Of a stretch of 64,000 bases of DNA, positions 29,120 to 39,192 are shown in pieces. The DNA is from Thermodesulfobacteriota bacterium. Lineage in GTDB: Bacteria; Desulfobacterota; Desulfobulbia; Desulfobulbales; SURF-16. The position numbers and the translations under genes were made by a program. Under the pieces are notes generated by a model, which saw only the letters and a list, made by a program, of their open reading frames with translations, was not told the DNA's origin and did not search any database. Location of the stretch: NCBI GenBank assembly GCA_040755455.1, contig JBFMAY010000019.1:1-64000 (forward strand), in the 5' to 3' direction. Numbering within the stretch: position 1 is the stretch's first letter; each line of letters opens with the position of its first letter.

Positions 29120-30390
29120 GACAACACCTGTCTGATCAGATCAATATGACGCATGTTCACCCCCTGGCGGGCCTCCACAAATCGGCGGGCCGCCTCCCCC
29201 TTTTCCTTACCATGCTCCGGGTCCTGTAGATAAGCAGAGATGCCCTGCAAAAGCTCCTGTTCGCCGCCGACCTGGATGGCGCACCCGGCGGCAAGCATGT
29301 CCTCAACCACATCGGCGAAATCCTCCATATGCCGGCCGAAAAGAACCGGAGTGCCGGACACCGCCGGCTCAAGCGGGTTGTGGCCTCCCCGGGGCACCAG
29401 ACTGCCGCCGATAAAGGCCACATCAGCCAGCCGGTAAAGGCCGGCCAGCTCCCCCATGGTATCAAGCACCATCACCTGATCATCAGCCCGGCTTCCCGCA
29501 CTGCGGGTGGAGGCGGCCAGTCCCATGTGGCGGACCATTTTTACCACAGCCGTGGCCCGCTCAATATTGCGCGGGGCAAGGATGAGCAACAGGGAAGGAA
29601 ATTGCCCGGCAAGCTCCTGATACACCCGACACAACATCTCCTCTTCGCCGTCGTGGGTGCTGCCGGCTATGAGCAGAGGCCGGGCCGCAGCAATACCCAG
29701 CTCTTGTCTGCCAAGCAGCCGCGCGCCCGTCTTCGGCAGCATGGCATCAAATTTAAGGTTGCCGAGGTTTTTCAACCTCTCTGCCGCAACCCCCAGGCTG
29801 ACCATTTTTTCCACATCCTCCTGGCGCTGCATGGCAAGAAAGGAAAACGAATGAAACATGGGCAGAAAGAAAGCTTGAAAAAAGGAGTATTTCCGATATG
29901 ATTCCTGGGAGATGCGGCCATTGACCAGCAGGGCGCTAATATTTTCAGCGGCAAGCTGATGGAGAAAATTCGGCCAGAAATCGGTTTCAACGAGGATAAA
30001 GAGATCGGGCCGCAAGGTTTTGACAAAGCGCCGCACCACAGGATACACATCAAGGGGGAACGGGATGAAGAGATCAACCGGCAGGCCCTTGCTGCTGGCG
30101 AACTTCTCACCGGATGCGGTGGAGGCGGAAAAAAGCAATACCGCATGCGGGAAATGCTCTCGGATGGCTTGCACCAGGGTGACTGCCGAGGAGACCTCGC
30201 CCACGGAAAGGGCATGTATCCAGATGCGTGGTCGGCCTGCGGGAATTTTTTTGGCCAGCTTACTCAGCCCGCAACCGAGTCTTGCAGGAATGCGCAGCCG
30301 GTATTTGGCCTTGCAGACCACCAGCAAAAGAAGAAGAGGCCAAAGAAGGACCAGCCCCAGCAGCTGAATAAGGTTATATACGGCCAGCAT
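29116..30390 (-). CDS. waaA: 3-deoxy-D-manno-octulosonic acid transferase
   Basis: WIHALSVGE, ETDFWPN, NGRIS, GNLKFD, GSTHDGEE and GGHNPLEP motifs. Confidence 0.95.
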   Translation of the reverse strand: MLAVYNLIQLLGLVLLWPLLLLLVVCKAKYRLRIPARLGCGLSKLAKKIPAGRPRIWIHALSVGEVSSAVTLVQAIREHFPHAVLLFSASTASGEKFASSKGLPVDLFIPFPLDVYPVVRRFVKTLRPDLFILVETDFWPNFLHQLAAENISALLVNGRISQESYRKYSFFQAFFLPMFHSFSFLAMQRQEDVEKMVSLGVAAERLKNLGNLKFDAMLPKTGARLLGRQELGIAAARPLLIAGSTHDGEEEMLCRVYQELAGQFPSLLLILAPRNIERATAVVKMVRHMGLAASTRSAGSRADDQVMVLDTMGELAGLYRLADVAFIGGSLVPRGGHNPLEPAVSGTPVLFGRHMEDFADVVEDMLAAGCAIQVGGEQELLQGISAYLQDPEHGKEKGEAARRFVEARQGVNMRHIDLIRQVLS

Positions 30391-30477
30391 GGTAAAAAAG
30401 ATTCCGCCCTGATTTCTTGTAACTGTAATGTTTTTCCCGCAGTCAACCCGAAACTCTCAACCCAGAAGCCCATACCC

Positions 30478-31230
30478 ATGAATATCATTCTCATCGATCC
30501 GGCCGAGGTCACCAACAACCGGGTGACCCTGCGGGACAGACGCAGCGATCATATCAGCAACGTGCTTGGCGCGGCCTGCGGCGACACTTTGCGCACCGGG
30601 CTGATCAACGGCCCCATGGGCACCAGCACCGTGGTCAACATCACGGCGGACTCGGTGGAACTTGCCACCAACCACCAAGGTCCCGTCCCTGACCGGCCGG
30701 CCATTGACCTGATCCTGGCCCTGCCCCGCCCCATCATGCTCAAAAGGATCTTTTCCCAGGCCGCCATGTTCGGGGTGAGAAGAATTTTTCTCATCAACGC
30801 CAGCCGGGTGGAAAAAAGTTTCTTTTCCGCCTCGCTGCTTAAGGAAAACAACTATTACCCGCTGCTGCTGCACGGTCTGGAACAGGCGGTTGACACCATG
30901 GTCCCGGAGGTGAGCATCCACAAGCGCTTCAGACCCTTTGTCGAGGACCTGCTGCCCCAAGTCATGGACGACTGCCCGGTGCGTCTTGCCGCCCATCCCG
31001 GCCCCTTCCCCTTTCTCGCGCAAACGGTTGCCCTGCCCCTGACCGAGCGGGCGGTCATGGCCATCGGCCCGGAGGGGGGCTGGGTCGATTTTGAGATCGA
31101 CATGTTCCGCGCCGCTGGCTTTCAGCCCTTCGCCATGGGCCCGCGCATCCTGCGGGTTGACAGCGCCGTGCCCGCCCTGCTCGCCCAGCTGAACCTGCTG
31201 CGCCAGCTCAACCGGCCAACTTCTGCTTGA
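30478..31230 (+). CDS. rsmE: 16S rRNA m3U1498 methyltransferase
   Basis: LALPRP, IGPEGGW and GPRILRVDSA SPOUT motifs; start ATG 30478. Confidence 0.9.
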   Translation: MNIILIDPAEVTNNRVTLRDRRSDHISNVLGAACGDTLRTGLINGPMGTSTVVNITADSVELATNHQGPVPDRPAIDLILALPRPIMLKRIFSQAAMFGVRRIFLINASRVEKSFFSASLLKENNYYPLLLHGLEQAVDTMVPEVSIHKRFRPFVEDLLPQVMDDCPVRLAAHPGPFPFLAQTVALPLTERAVMAIGPEGGWVDFEIDMFRAAGFQPFAMGPRILRVDSAVPALLAQLNLLRQLNRPTSA

Positions 31231-32800
31231 TTTTGTCGATAATCAGGGAAAGCTCCTTGACTCTCAGCAGATACAGCAGGCCGCCGTAAACCACGACTGC
31301 CGTTGCTATATACACGAAAACACCGGCAATCTGCAGAAAAATCGACTGATTGAAATAATTCTGCCCAAGCAACAGCAGCCCCTTCAGACAAATGGTCATG
31401 ACAAGGGAGGCGCAAAAGACCTTACCAATCCCCTCAAACAGATAGGCCAGCGAATAGCCGGCCAGCTTCTTGTACAGCACCACACTCAGGAACAGGAAAT
31501 TACAGATCATGGCGCATGAGGTGGAAAGGGCGATGGCCCGGTGCTGGAACAGGTCAATGGAGGCGGTAACAAAAATGAGATTGGCCGCCACGGCAAGAAA
31601 GCTGGCGATGACCGGGTAGCGGGTGTCATCAAGGGCGAAAAAAACCGGGACCATGATTTTCACCGAGGAATAGGCGAACAGCCCCACCGCGTAAAAACGC
31701 AGGGCCTCGGCGGTGCGCGCCGTGTCAAAGGCGGTGAAGGCCCCGTACTGGAAGATGATCCTGATAATGGGGTCCGCCAGCAGCCACAGGCCGAAACTGG
31801 CCGGGATGGTCAGACAGAAGGCCATGGTGAGCGACGAGGTGAAGGTCTCCCGCATCTTGCCCAGATCCTTGGCCGCCGCATAACGGGCGATGACAGGCAG
31901 CGAGGCGATGGAAATCGCCACCCCGAAAACACCAATGGGCAGCTGCACCAAACGAAAGGCGTAATTGAGCCAGGATACGCTGCCCTCCACGCAGGAGGAG
32001 GCGAAGCGGGTGTTAATAAAGATGTTGATCTGGGTGGCGGACAGGCCGATGACCGCCGGCAGCATGAGCCGGACAATGCGCCGCAGGCCGGGATCGGCAA
32101 GATCAAGCCTAGGGGCAAAAACAAAGCCGGCCCTAAACAGGGCGGGCAGTTGGCCGGCCAGCTGCAGAAAGCCGCCGATCAAAGTGCCCAGCGCCATGCC
32201 CATGATGGCCGGATAGCCGAATTTCGGCAGGATAAAGGCCAGGCAGAGGCCGCCGGCGATGGAGCCTAGGTTGAAGAAGCTGGAGGCCATGGCCGGAATG
32301 AAAAAACGGCCCTTGGTGTTGAGCATGCCCATCACCACGGCGGAGAGCGAGATAAAAATCAGAAAGGGAAACATGACAATGGTCAGCTGCCGGGTCAGAT
32401 CAACCTTGCCCGGCACCTGAACAAACTCGGCATCCACCAGCAGCCGCACCAGCGGGTCGGCCAGAAAAATGCCGGCCAGGGTGACCAGGCTCAGCAGCAT
32501 GGCAAAAAAGACCAGCACATTGTTGGCGAGCTGCCAGGTGGCCTTTTCTCCCTTGTTGGCGTCATAGTCGGAAAAAACCGCGACAAAGGCGGAACTGAGC
32601 GCCCCCTCGCCGAAAAGATCGCGCAGCAGGTTGGGAATGCGGAAGGCCACGACAAAGGCGTCATAGGCAAAGCCTGCCCCGAACATCACGGCAAAGACCT
32701 GCTCCCGCACCAGTCCCAGCACCCGGCTGCACATGACGGCAATGGAGACGGTGCCGGCAGAACGGGCAATCCTGCCGGTATCGGAGGCTGCTTTCTTCAT
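31208..32800 (-). CDS. murJ: Lipid II flippase MurJ (MviN)
   Basis: SRVLGLVRE, AFRIPNLLRDLFGEGALS and YAFRLVQLPIG motifs; ATGA overlap with the upstream gene. Confidence 0.95.
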   Translation of the reverse strand: MKKAASDTGRIARSAGTVSIAVMCSRVLGLVREQVFAVMFGAGFAYDAFVVAFRIPNLLRDLFGEGALSSAFVAVFSDYDANKGEKATWQLANNVLVFFAMLLSLVTLAGIFLADPLVRLLVDAEFVQVPGKVDLTRQLTIVMFPFLIFISLSAVVMGMLNTKGRFFIPAMASSFFNLGSIAGGLCLAFILPKFGYPAIMGMALGTLIGGFLQLAGQLPALFRAGFVFAPRLDLADPGLRRIVRLMLPAVIGLSATQINIFINTRFASSCVEGSVSWLNYAFRLVQLPIGVFGVAISIASLPVIARYAAAKDLGKMRETFTSSLTMAFCLTIPASFGLWLLADPIIRIIFQYGAFTAFDTARTAEALRFYAVGLFAYSSVKIMVPVFFALDDTRYPVIASFLAVAANLIFVTASIDLFQHRAIALSTSCAMICNFLFLSVVLYKKLAGYSLAYLFEGIGKVFCASLVMTICLKGLLLLGQNYFNQSIFLQIAGVFVYIATAVVVYGGLLYLLRVKELSLIIDKIKQKLAG

Positions 32801-33414
32801 TTTTTCACCCAGGGCCACGGAATCAGCATCGGCAGCTGCCGGCAGTACTCGTCATAGGGTTTGCCGATATCGCGCCGCAGCTTTCCTTCCTCAAGCCACG
32901 TGCCGACCAGAAAATAGAGTGACAGAACAATCTTGCTCACCAGCGAAATATCCGTAACCGACCCGAAGGCCCATACCAGGGCAATCCCGCCCGAATACCA
33001 GGGATGCCGCACCCCTCCCCTGTGGTCCGCGGTAAAGGATGCGGCAGGGGCCGTCCTGCCGGTCCTGAAGGCATGAAGCTGCTTTAGTCCCAGAAAAAAT
33101 GAGAGGTCATAACGCTGCAAGCCGGCGTTAAACATATACAAGGCATAGACATAGAGAACGACCTTCAGGCCGAGCCACCAGCCGGGCCAGGCAAACAAAA
33201 TAACCTGTTTGACGGAAAATTGATAGACCACAACCGGCAGCAGCGTCAGCAGGCTGATGACATTGAAAAAAAGACGATAGCAGCCGGCAACGATCCGGCC
33301 GCCGAATACCCGATGACACAGCCCGAGCCACCAGCGGGAAATGAGCAGACTGTGGAAAGAACACCAAATGAGCCAGAGCAGGGCGGTCAGTATGTGCGGG
33401 GAAAGTTCGGTCAT
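32797..33414 (-). CDS. Membrane methyltransferase-like protein (isoprenylcysteine carboxyl methyltransferase / NnrU / MddA-like)
   Basis: FHSLL, YRLFFN, FLGLKQ, VRHPWY and EE.KL...G..Y..Y...PMLIP motifs. Confidence 0.7.
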   Translation of the reverse strand: MTELSPHILTALLWLIWCSFHSLLISRWWLGLCHRVFGGRIVAGCYRLFFNVISLLTLLPVVVYQFSVKQVILFAWPGWWLGLKVVLYVYALYMFNAGLQRYDLSFFLGLKQLHAFRTGRTAPAASFTADHRGGVRHPWYSGGIALVWAFGSVTDISLVSKIVLSLYFLVGTWLEEGKLRRDIGKPYDEYCRQLPMLIPWPWVKK

Positions 33415-33598
33415 AACAAAATTGTCGGGCCGGAGGCAAAACCGGACCACATGCATAAGGCAAAGAGATAAAAATTCCGATCAATTGATGGGCCGAATGT
33501 ACCAGTTAACCGCCCAATCTGCAAAAGCAAAAAGGGAAGCCCGCAAAAAGGCCTCCCTTTCAACAACAAATCAGCACTGAGCGAACCGAACTCTCTCT

Positions 33599-35071
33599 TT
33601 AGAAAATCGGCTTCATGGCCCCCATGTACGATCGCAGTTCCTCGCCGATCATCTCCACGCCGGTATAGCGGATGGCCTCGTTGGCCCGGATCAGCTCGAT
33701 ATTATCCACCCCGTTATCCTTCAGCACCAGCCCCCGGCCGATGACATCCGTCTCGATCTTCTTCATGAAACCGGCAAGTAGCGGCAGGGCGCCCTGGGTG
33801 AAGAGGTAGCAGCCGTATTCAGCGGTGTCGGAGATGACCACGTTCATCTCGTACAATTTTTTACGGGCAATGGTGTTGGCAATCAGCGGCACCTCGTGCA
33901 GGGACTCATAGTAGGCGGATTCCTCCTTGATGCCGGCGGAAACCATGGTGTCAAAGGCCAGCTCGACCCCGGCCTTGACCATGGCCACCATGAGAATACC
34001 ATGGTCGAAATACTCCTGCTCGGGGATGACGGCGTCCGTGCTGACCGATTTCTCAAAAGCGGTCTCCCCGGTCTCGGCCCGCCACTTGAGCAGGTTGGCA
34101 TCACCCTTGGCCCAGTCCTCCATCATGGTCCGCGAAAAGTAACCGGACATGATGTCGTCCATGTGTTTCTCAAAAAGCGGCTTGAGGATCGTCTTGAGTT
34201 CATCGGCCAAATCGACCGCCATGAGCTTGGCCGGATTGGCGAGACGGTCCAGCATATTGGTGATGCCGCCGTGTTTCAGTGCCTCGGTAATGGTCTCCCA
34301 GCCATACTGGATCAGCTTGGAGGCGTAGCCGGCATCCACACCTTTTTCGATCATCTTGTCATAGCACAGCAGGGACCCCACCTGCAGCATGCCGCAGAGA
34401 ATGGTCTGTTCGCCCATCAGGTCGGATTTGACCTCGGCGATAAATGACGACTGCAGCACCCCGGCCCGGTCAGCGCCGGTGCCGCAGGCATAGGCCTTGG
34501 CAAGCTCCCAGCCCTCGCCCTTGGGATCGTTTTCCCGGTGCACGGCGATCAGGGTCGGCACGCCGAAGCCTCGCTTATACTCCTCCCGCACCTCGGTGCC
34601 GGGGGATTTCGGGGCCACCATGATCACGGTCAGGTCCTTGCGGATCTGCATGCCCTCTTCCACGATATTAAAGCCGTGGGAATAGGACAGACATGCCCCC
34701 TGCTTCATCAGCGGCATCACCGCCGTGACCACCCCGGTGTGCTGTTTGTCCGGGGTCAGGTTGATGACCAGATCAGCAGCAGGGATCAGCTCCTGGTAGG
34801 TGCCAACCTGAAAACCGTTAGCGGTGGCGTTCTTCCATGACTGGCGTTTTTCGGCAATGGCCGACTCCCGCAGGGCATAGCAGATGTCAAGGCCGCTGTC
34901 CCGCAGATTGAGGCCCTGATGCAGGCCCTGGGCCCCGCAGCCGATGATGACGATCTTTTTGCCCTTGAGGGCCTCAACCCCGTTGAATTCGGATTGGTCC
35001 ATGAAACGGCACTGGCCGAGCTCCTCAAGCTGGATGCGTAATGGTAAGGTATTGAAATAATTCTGCGCCAT
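33599..35071 (-). CDS. ilvC: Ketol-acid reductoisomerase, long form, E. coli type
   Basis: [38 protein letters not shown] and SDTAEYG motifs; 490 aa. Confidence 0.97.
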   Translation of the reverse strand: MAQNYFNTLPLRIQLEELGQCRFMDQSEFNGVEALKGKKIVIIGCGAQGLHQGLNLRDSGLDICYALRESAIAEKRQSWKNATANGFQVGTYQELIPAADLVINLTPDKQHTGVVTAVMPLMKQGACLSYSHGFNIVEEGMQIRKDLTVIMVAPKSPGTEVREEYKRGFGVPTLIAVHRENDPKGEGWELAKAYACGTGADRAGVLQSSFIAEVKSDLMGEQTILCGMLQVGSLLCYDKMIEKGVDAGYASKLIQYGWETITEALKHGGITNMLDRLANPAKLMAVDLADELKTILKPLFEKHMDDIMSGYFSRTMMEDWAKGDANLLKWRAETGETAFEKSVSTDAVIPEQEYFDHGILMVAMVKAGVELAFDTMVSAGIKEESAYYESLHEVPLIANTIARKKLYEMNVVISDTAEYGCYLFTQGALPLLAGFMKKIETDVIGRGLVLKDNGVDNIELIRANEAIRYTGVEMIGEELRSYMGAMKPIF

Positions 35072-35139
35072 GGTGATCTCCTTGCAAATTCATTCTTTTT
35101 TCTGACTGAAACGATATTATTCCAGCTTACCATTGATTT

Positions 35140-35191
35140 TTGTTGCGTAAAGTGATTTATTCGCTATATCATATTGCAGATATTGCAACGA
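35140..35191. promoter_or_regulatory. Tandem IlvY operators (O2 35140-35160, O1 35171-35191)
   Basis: Reverse complements ATAAATCACTTTACGCAACAA and TCGTTGCAATATCTGCAATAT; LysR T-N11-A dyad between divergent ilvC and ilvY. Confidence 0.75.
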
Positions 35192-35368
35192 CATCAACGA
35201 AACAAAAAGGCCTGCACCTTAACCTTGCCTTACCAGGGTGAGCCCTGCGCGCCACACGGTCACGGGAGGCCACATGTCATATGTAACAGACACCATGACA
35301 TATACAAGGAGCAGGTCTTGCACCTGCCTCCATCATCGTGGCAACACCCGGAATAACCCAAGCAAAGC

Positions 35369-36253
35369 ATGAATATCCAGGAACTCAAACTCTTCAAGCA
35401 CCTGGCCGGCACCCTGCATTTCGGCCGCACCAGCCAGGCCTGCCACATCACCCCGTCGGCCCTGACCCGGACCATCCAGCGTCTGGAGGAGGAGGTGGGG
35501 AAAAAACTCTTCATCCGCGACAACCGATCGGTTGCCCTGACCCAGGCGGGCCAACGTTTCAGAACCTATACCGAGGAGACGATCAGCAGCTGGCACAAGC
35601 TGGTCAACGAACTGGCCATTGACGAGGAAACCCTGCGGGGCGAAATCTCCCTTTACTGCTCGGTCACCGCCGTCTACGGCATCCTGCCGCACATGCTGAA
35701 AAAATACCGCAAGCTCTACCCCGAGATCCATATCACCCTGCAGACCGGCGATCAGGCCAATGCCCTGGAAAAACTGCAGAACAGCGAGGCGGATATCACC
35801 GTTGCCGCCCTGCCGGACAAACTGCCGCCCCAGCTCAAATTCATCAAGGTCATTGAAACCCCGCTGCTCTTCATCGGCCCTGCCCATTTGGACAACAAGC
35901 CGGCCGGACCGGAGGCGGCCATCGACTGGCGGACCGTGCCCATGATCATGGCCGAGCGCGGCCTGGGCCGCCAGCGACTTGACACCTGGTTCAGGGAACG
36001 CGCCATCCAGCCGCACATCTACGCCCAGGTGGCGGGCAACGAGGCCATCATCACCATGGTCAGCCTCGGCTGCGGCATCGGCGTGGTGCCCAAACTGGTG
36101 CTGGACAAAAGCCCCATGCGAGACCAGGTCGTCACCCTGGAGGTAAGTCCTGGGCTGGCGCCTTTTGCCGTCAGTGTCTGCACCTTTGAGAAGAACATGA
36201 ATAACCCGGCGGTTCAGGCATTCTGGCAGATCGCCGAACGCGAAGCGCGGTAA
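35369..36253 (+). CDS. ilvY: LysR-family regulator IlvY
   Basis: LHFGRTSQACHITPSALTRTIQRLEEE, RDNRSV, LYCSVTA and YAQVAGNEAI motifs; divergent from ilvC. Confidence 0.93.
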   Translation: MNIQELKLFKHLAGTLHFGRTSQACHITPSALTRTIQRLEEEVGKKLFIRDNRSVALTQAGQRFRTYTEETISSWHKLVNELAIDEETLRGEISLYCSVTAVYGILPHMLKKYRKLYPEIHITLQTGDQANALEKLQNSEADITVAALPDKLPPQLKFIKVIETPLLFIGPAHLDNKPAGPEAAIDWRTVPMIMAERGLGRQRLDTWFRERAIQPHIYAQVAGNEAIITMVSLGCGIGVVPKLVLDKSPMRDQVVTLEVSPGLAPFAVSVCTFEKNMNNPAVQAFWQIAEREAR

Positions 36254-36379
36254 ACCGGGACCCGGCAACCTCTTTTGCCCATATTCCCGGGGCAGCAGCA
36301 TGATGAGGAGACTGGGCGCCATACGGCACCGGTATTATACGCCGCGTGCCGGTAGCTATTTTCTCCTCACCCGGTCCCC

Positions 36380-36574
36380 TGCAACAAAAATGATGCATCA
36401 TTTCCGCCCGGCATCGCCCTCCCCTCAACCGATCACCAGCCGTTACCAGCTCAAACCAGCGCATGCATCATTAAAGTTGCGCTGTCGCCTGAACACGCCT
36501 GACATCTTAAAAAGACCAGCCCTGCTGCCATCGCACAGGTTTTACCACCCGCATCCAGCAACATTCACGTTGCA
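36380..36574. promoter_or_regulatory. Three palindromic enhancer-like boxes TGCAWC-N6-GWTGCA
   Basis: TGCAACAAAAATGATGCA (36380-36397), TGCATCATTAAAGTTGCG (36464-36481), AGCAACATTCACGTTGCA (36557-36574). Confidence 0.6.
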
Positions 36575-36691
36575 CTTTTGGCTTCAGGCTCCCAACCCTG
36601 GGCATCCATGGAATTAACCAAGAAACACCCATCCGCTTAATTATTTGAATTTATGGATAAAAAAAATCTTTTTCCCAGCAACTCACCAAAC

Positions 36692-36707
36692 GGGCATAAA
36701 AAATGCC
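36692..36707 (+). promoter_or_regulatory. Putative sigma54 promoter of the kinase/molybdoenzyme/TauE operon
   Basis: GGGCATAAAAAATGCC (GG-N10-GC) ending 33 bp before ATG 36741. Confidence 0.55.
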
Positions 36708-36740
36708 TTTTGCAATCAGGCAAATTGATGAGGGAATAAC

Positions 36741-37208
36741 ATGAGACGCTCTTTCCACACCCCGGCAATACTTTTTACAACCATCCTCTATCTGCTGCAG
36801 ACTGCCGACGCCTGGGCGCTGCAATCCCACGGTGAACCGGAAGGTCTTTATGTTCACCAGATGGCCCATGTCCTTTTCATGGGAGCCCTTGCCTATCTAT
36901 ACTGGCACACCCGCCGCACCACATCCTTGACAAGCAAGGGCTGGCGTTACCTGCGCCTCTTCTGTTTCCTGCTGTTTTTCTGGAACCTGATGGCATTCAC
37001 CGGCCATGAATTTTCCGTGCGCCTTTCTCCTGATGATTTAATCGATATCGGCACCTGGCGCGAACAGCTCGCTCCACCAATCGGTCTCTTTAAAATTATA
37101 TACTTTATCGTCAAAATGGATCACTTCCTCAACGTACCTGCGCTGCTGGCCCTCTTTATCAGTCTGCGGACCTTCTACCTGGAAGCCAAAGCGGAGATAC
37201 GGCAATGA
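36741..37208 (+). CDS. His-rich small membrane protein with a signal peptide
   Basis: Signal ...ADAWA; HGEPEGLYVHQMAH; three TM segments; ATGA overlap with the kinase gene. Confidence 0.8.
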   Translation: MRRSFHTPAILFTTILYLLQTADAWALQSHGEPEGLYVHQMAHVLFMGALAYLYWHTRRTTSLTSKGWRYLRLFCFLLFFWNLMAFTGHEFSVRLSPDDLIDIGTWREQLAPPIGLFKIIYFIVKMDHFLNVPALLALFISLRTFYLEAKAEIRQ

Positions 37209-38767
37209 CCGGTCTCGCGCTCTCGCCCACCATTCTCGTTGACTTTGCCGGTTCCGGGCTGGTTATTTTTCTTTCCTTCATGGCCCTGCGCTACGCCTAT
37301 TTTCTGGTGAAACTGCAACCGGTCAACTTCCTCTGGGGCTTTCTCTTCTATTTCTGCCTTGCCATGACCGCCTTTTCCATTTCCCGCGGCGTGGGGCACA
37401 TCCTCAGAATCATTCTGGTCATGGGAGGACAAGAAACAATCTGGCAACAGCTCTCGCCCTGGTCAGGTGGTTTCAATACCCTGCTCATGATCTCGGTGGC
37501 CTCGGCCACCATCTATTACCACACGGGTCTGGCGGCCTATAAAGCGATCCGGGCAGAGGCTGAAAAACTGGCGGAGGCCAACCGGAAACTGGCTGAAACA
37601 GCCGAGGAACTGCAAAAAGTTAACACCTATCTTGAGGATATGGTTGCGGAACGGACCCGCGAGCTTTCCAAATCAGAGAAAAAGTTCCGTCATTTTTTTG
37701 AAAACTCCAAAGACATGGTCTACTTCTGCGATATTGGCGGCAAAATTACCGATATCAACCAAAGCGGCTTAAAAATGCTGGGATTTGACAAAGCTCCCGG
37801 GCAATTCAATCTCCTCTCATTTTTTAAAAATGATAACGACCTTGACCAATATCTCCTGGCCCTCAGTGAACACGGCTCTGTCAGCGACTTTGAAATGGAA
37901 CTCGAAGGCAATGATGGGTCGGCCCGCCACATTCTTCTCTCCGCCAATGCCATTTTTGATAAAAACGGCTTCATGACCGGTTGCGAAGGCATAGCCAAGG
38001 ACATGACGCGCCTGCGCAACATGACGGATCAGCTGATTAAACAGGAAAAGATGGCATCAGTGGGCCAGGTGGCTGCGGGGGTGGCCCATGAGATCAATAC
38101 CCCCCTGGGGGTTATCCTGGGTTATAGCCAGTTGATGATGGATGATTTTGATAAAACCAGTGAAGCATATGGAAATTTGCAGGTTATCGAGCGGCAAACC
38201 AAAGTCTGCCGCAAAATTGTTGCTGATCTGCTTAAATTCTCCCGCCAGTCCGGCAGTGCGAAAATCGAGATCGACCTGAACGAAATAATAGAGGATGTTC
38301 TTGCTGTTACGGAGCATTACCTCAATATCGACCATATCCAGGTTCGCCGTTGTTTTGATCCCGCCTTACCCAGGCTGATCGGTGATGCGGAAAAACTACG
38401 CCAGGTATTTATCAATCTGTTCAATAATGCCCATCAGGCCATGACAAACGGCGGTGAAATAATTGTTACCACCAGCCATGATCAGACATCAGGGGAGGTG
38501 GCCGTCGCTGTCCGGGATACCGGCACCGGCATTGCCGATGACATCAAGGCAAAGATTTTTGACCCGTTTTTTACCACCAAGGAGGTGGGTAAAGGCACAG
38601 GGCTCGGCTTGTCCGTCACCTATGGGATCATCCGGGACCATGGCGGCAGCATCTCCGTGGAAAGCCCGGTGCAGGATGCGGCAACAGGACAAAAAACGCC
38701 AGGAACGGCATTTCATGTCCGGCTTCCTGTTGCCGCGGAAAAAAAAGCCATCAATGAGGAGCAATAA
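37205..38767 (+). CDS. Membrane-bound PAS-domain sensor histidine kinase
   Basis: N-terminal TM helices and [28 protein letters not shown] and [16 protein letters not shown] motifs. Confidence 0.95.
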   Translation: MTGLALSPTILVDFAGSGLVIFLSFMALRYAYFLVKLQPVNFLWGFLFYFCLAMTAFSISRGVGHILRIILVMGGQETIWQQLSPWSGGFNTLLMISVASATIYYHTGLAAYKAIRAEAEKLAEANRKLAETAEELQKVNTYLEDMVAERTRELSKSEKKFRHFFENSKDMVYFCDIGGKITDINQSGLKMLGFDKAPGQFNLLSFFKNDNDLDQYLLALSEHGSVSDFEMELEGNDGSARHILLSANAIFDKNGFMTGCEGIAKDMTRLRNMTDQLIKQEKMASVGQVAAGVAHEINTPLGVILGYSQLMMDDFDKTSEAYGNLQVIERQTKVCRKIVADLLKFSRQSGSAKIEIDLNEIIEDVLAVTEHYLNIDHIQVRRCFDPALPRLIGDAEKLRQVFINLFNNAHQAMTNGGEIIVTTSHDQTSGEVAVAVRDTGTGIADDIKAKIFDPFFTTKEVGKGTGLGLSVTYGIIRDHGGSISVESPVQDAATGQKTPGTAFHVRLPVAAEKKAINEEQ

Positions 38768-38773
38768 GACCAT

Positions 38774-39133
38774 ATGGCCGAGATTATCGTTTTGGACGAT
38801 GTGTACGATGCCGGCATACTGATCAAAAAGATTCTGAGCAAAAAGGGGCATACCGTCCACACCTTCACCGATGAGGAAGAGGCCATCAGATTTGCCGGAA
38901 CCAATAAAGTCGATCTGGCTATCCTGGACATAAAACTCAAAAAAATGAGCGGCATTGCAGTCCTGGCCCGGATGCAAACAATCCTGCCGGAAATGCGGAC
39001 CATCATGCTCACCGGTTATCCGACCTTGGAAACCGCCTGCGAGGCTATCAGCCTCGGCGCCAACGAGTATTGTGTCAAGCCACTTGACAAGGATGAACTT
39101 GAGGAGAAGGTCAACAAGGTTCTCCGCGGCTAG
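38774..39133 (+). CDS. Single-domain response regulator
   Basis: VLDD, ILDIKL, MLTGY and YCVKP motifs. Confidence 0.92.
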   Translation: MAEIIVLDDVYDAGILIKKILSKKGHTVHTFTDEEEAIRFAGTNKVDLAILDIKLKKMSGIAVLARMQTILPEMRTIMLTGYPTLETACEAISLGANEYCVKPLDKDELEEKVNKVLRG

Positions 39134-39192
39134 AAACGCCGGACCAGGAACGCCTGGCGCAAGAGAACACCAACAAGAAATGGGAGGATGAC

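Noticed and set aside
29959..30477. N-terminal extension of RsmE (423-aa ORF)
   Set aside because: It is antisense overlap with waaA; RsmE-like sequence starts at ATG 30478
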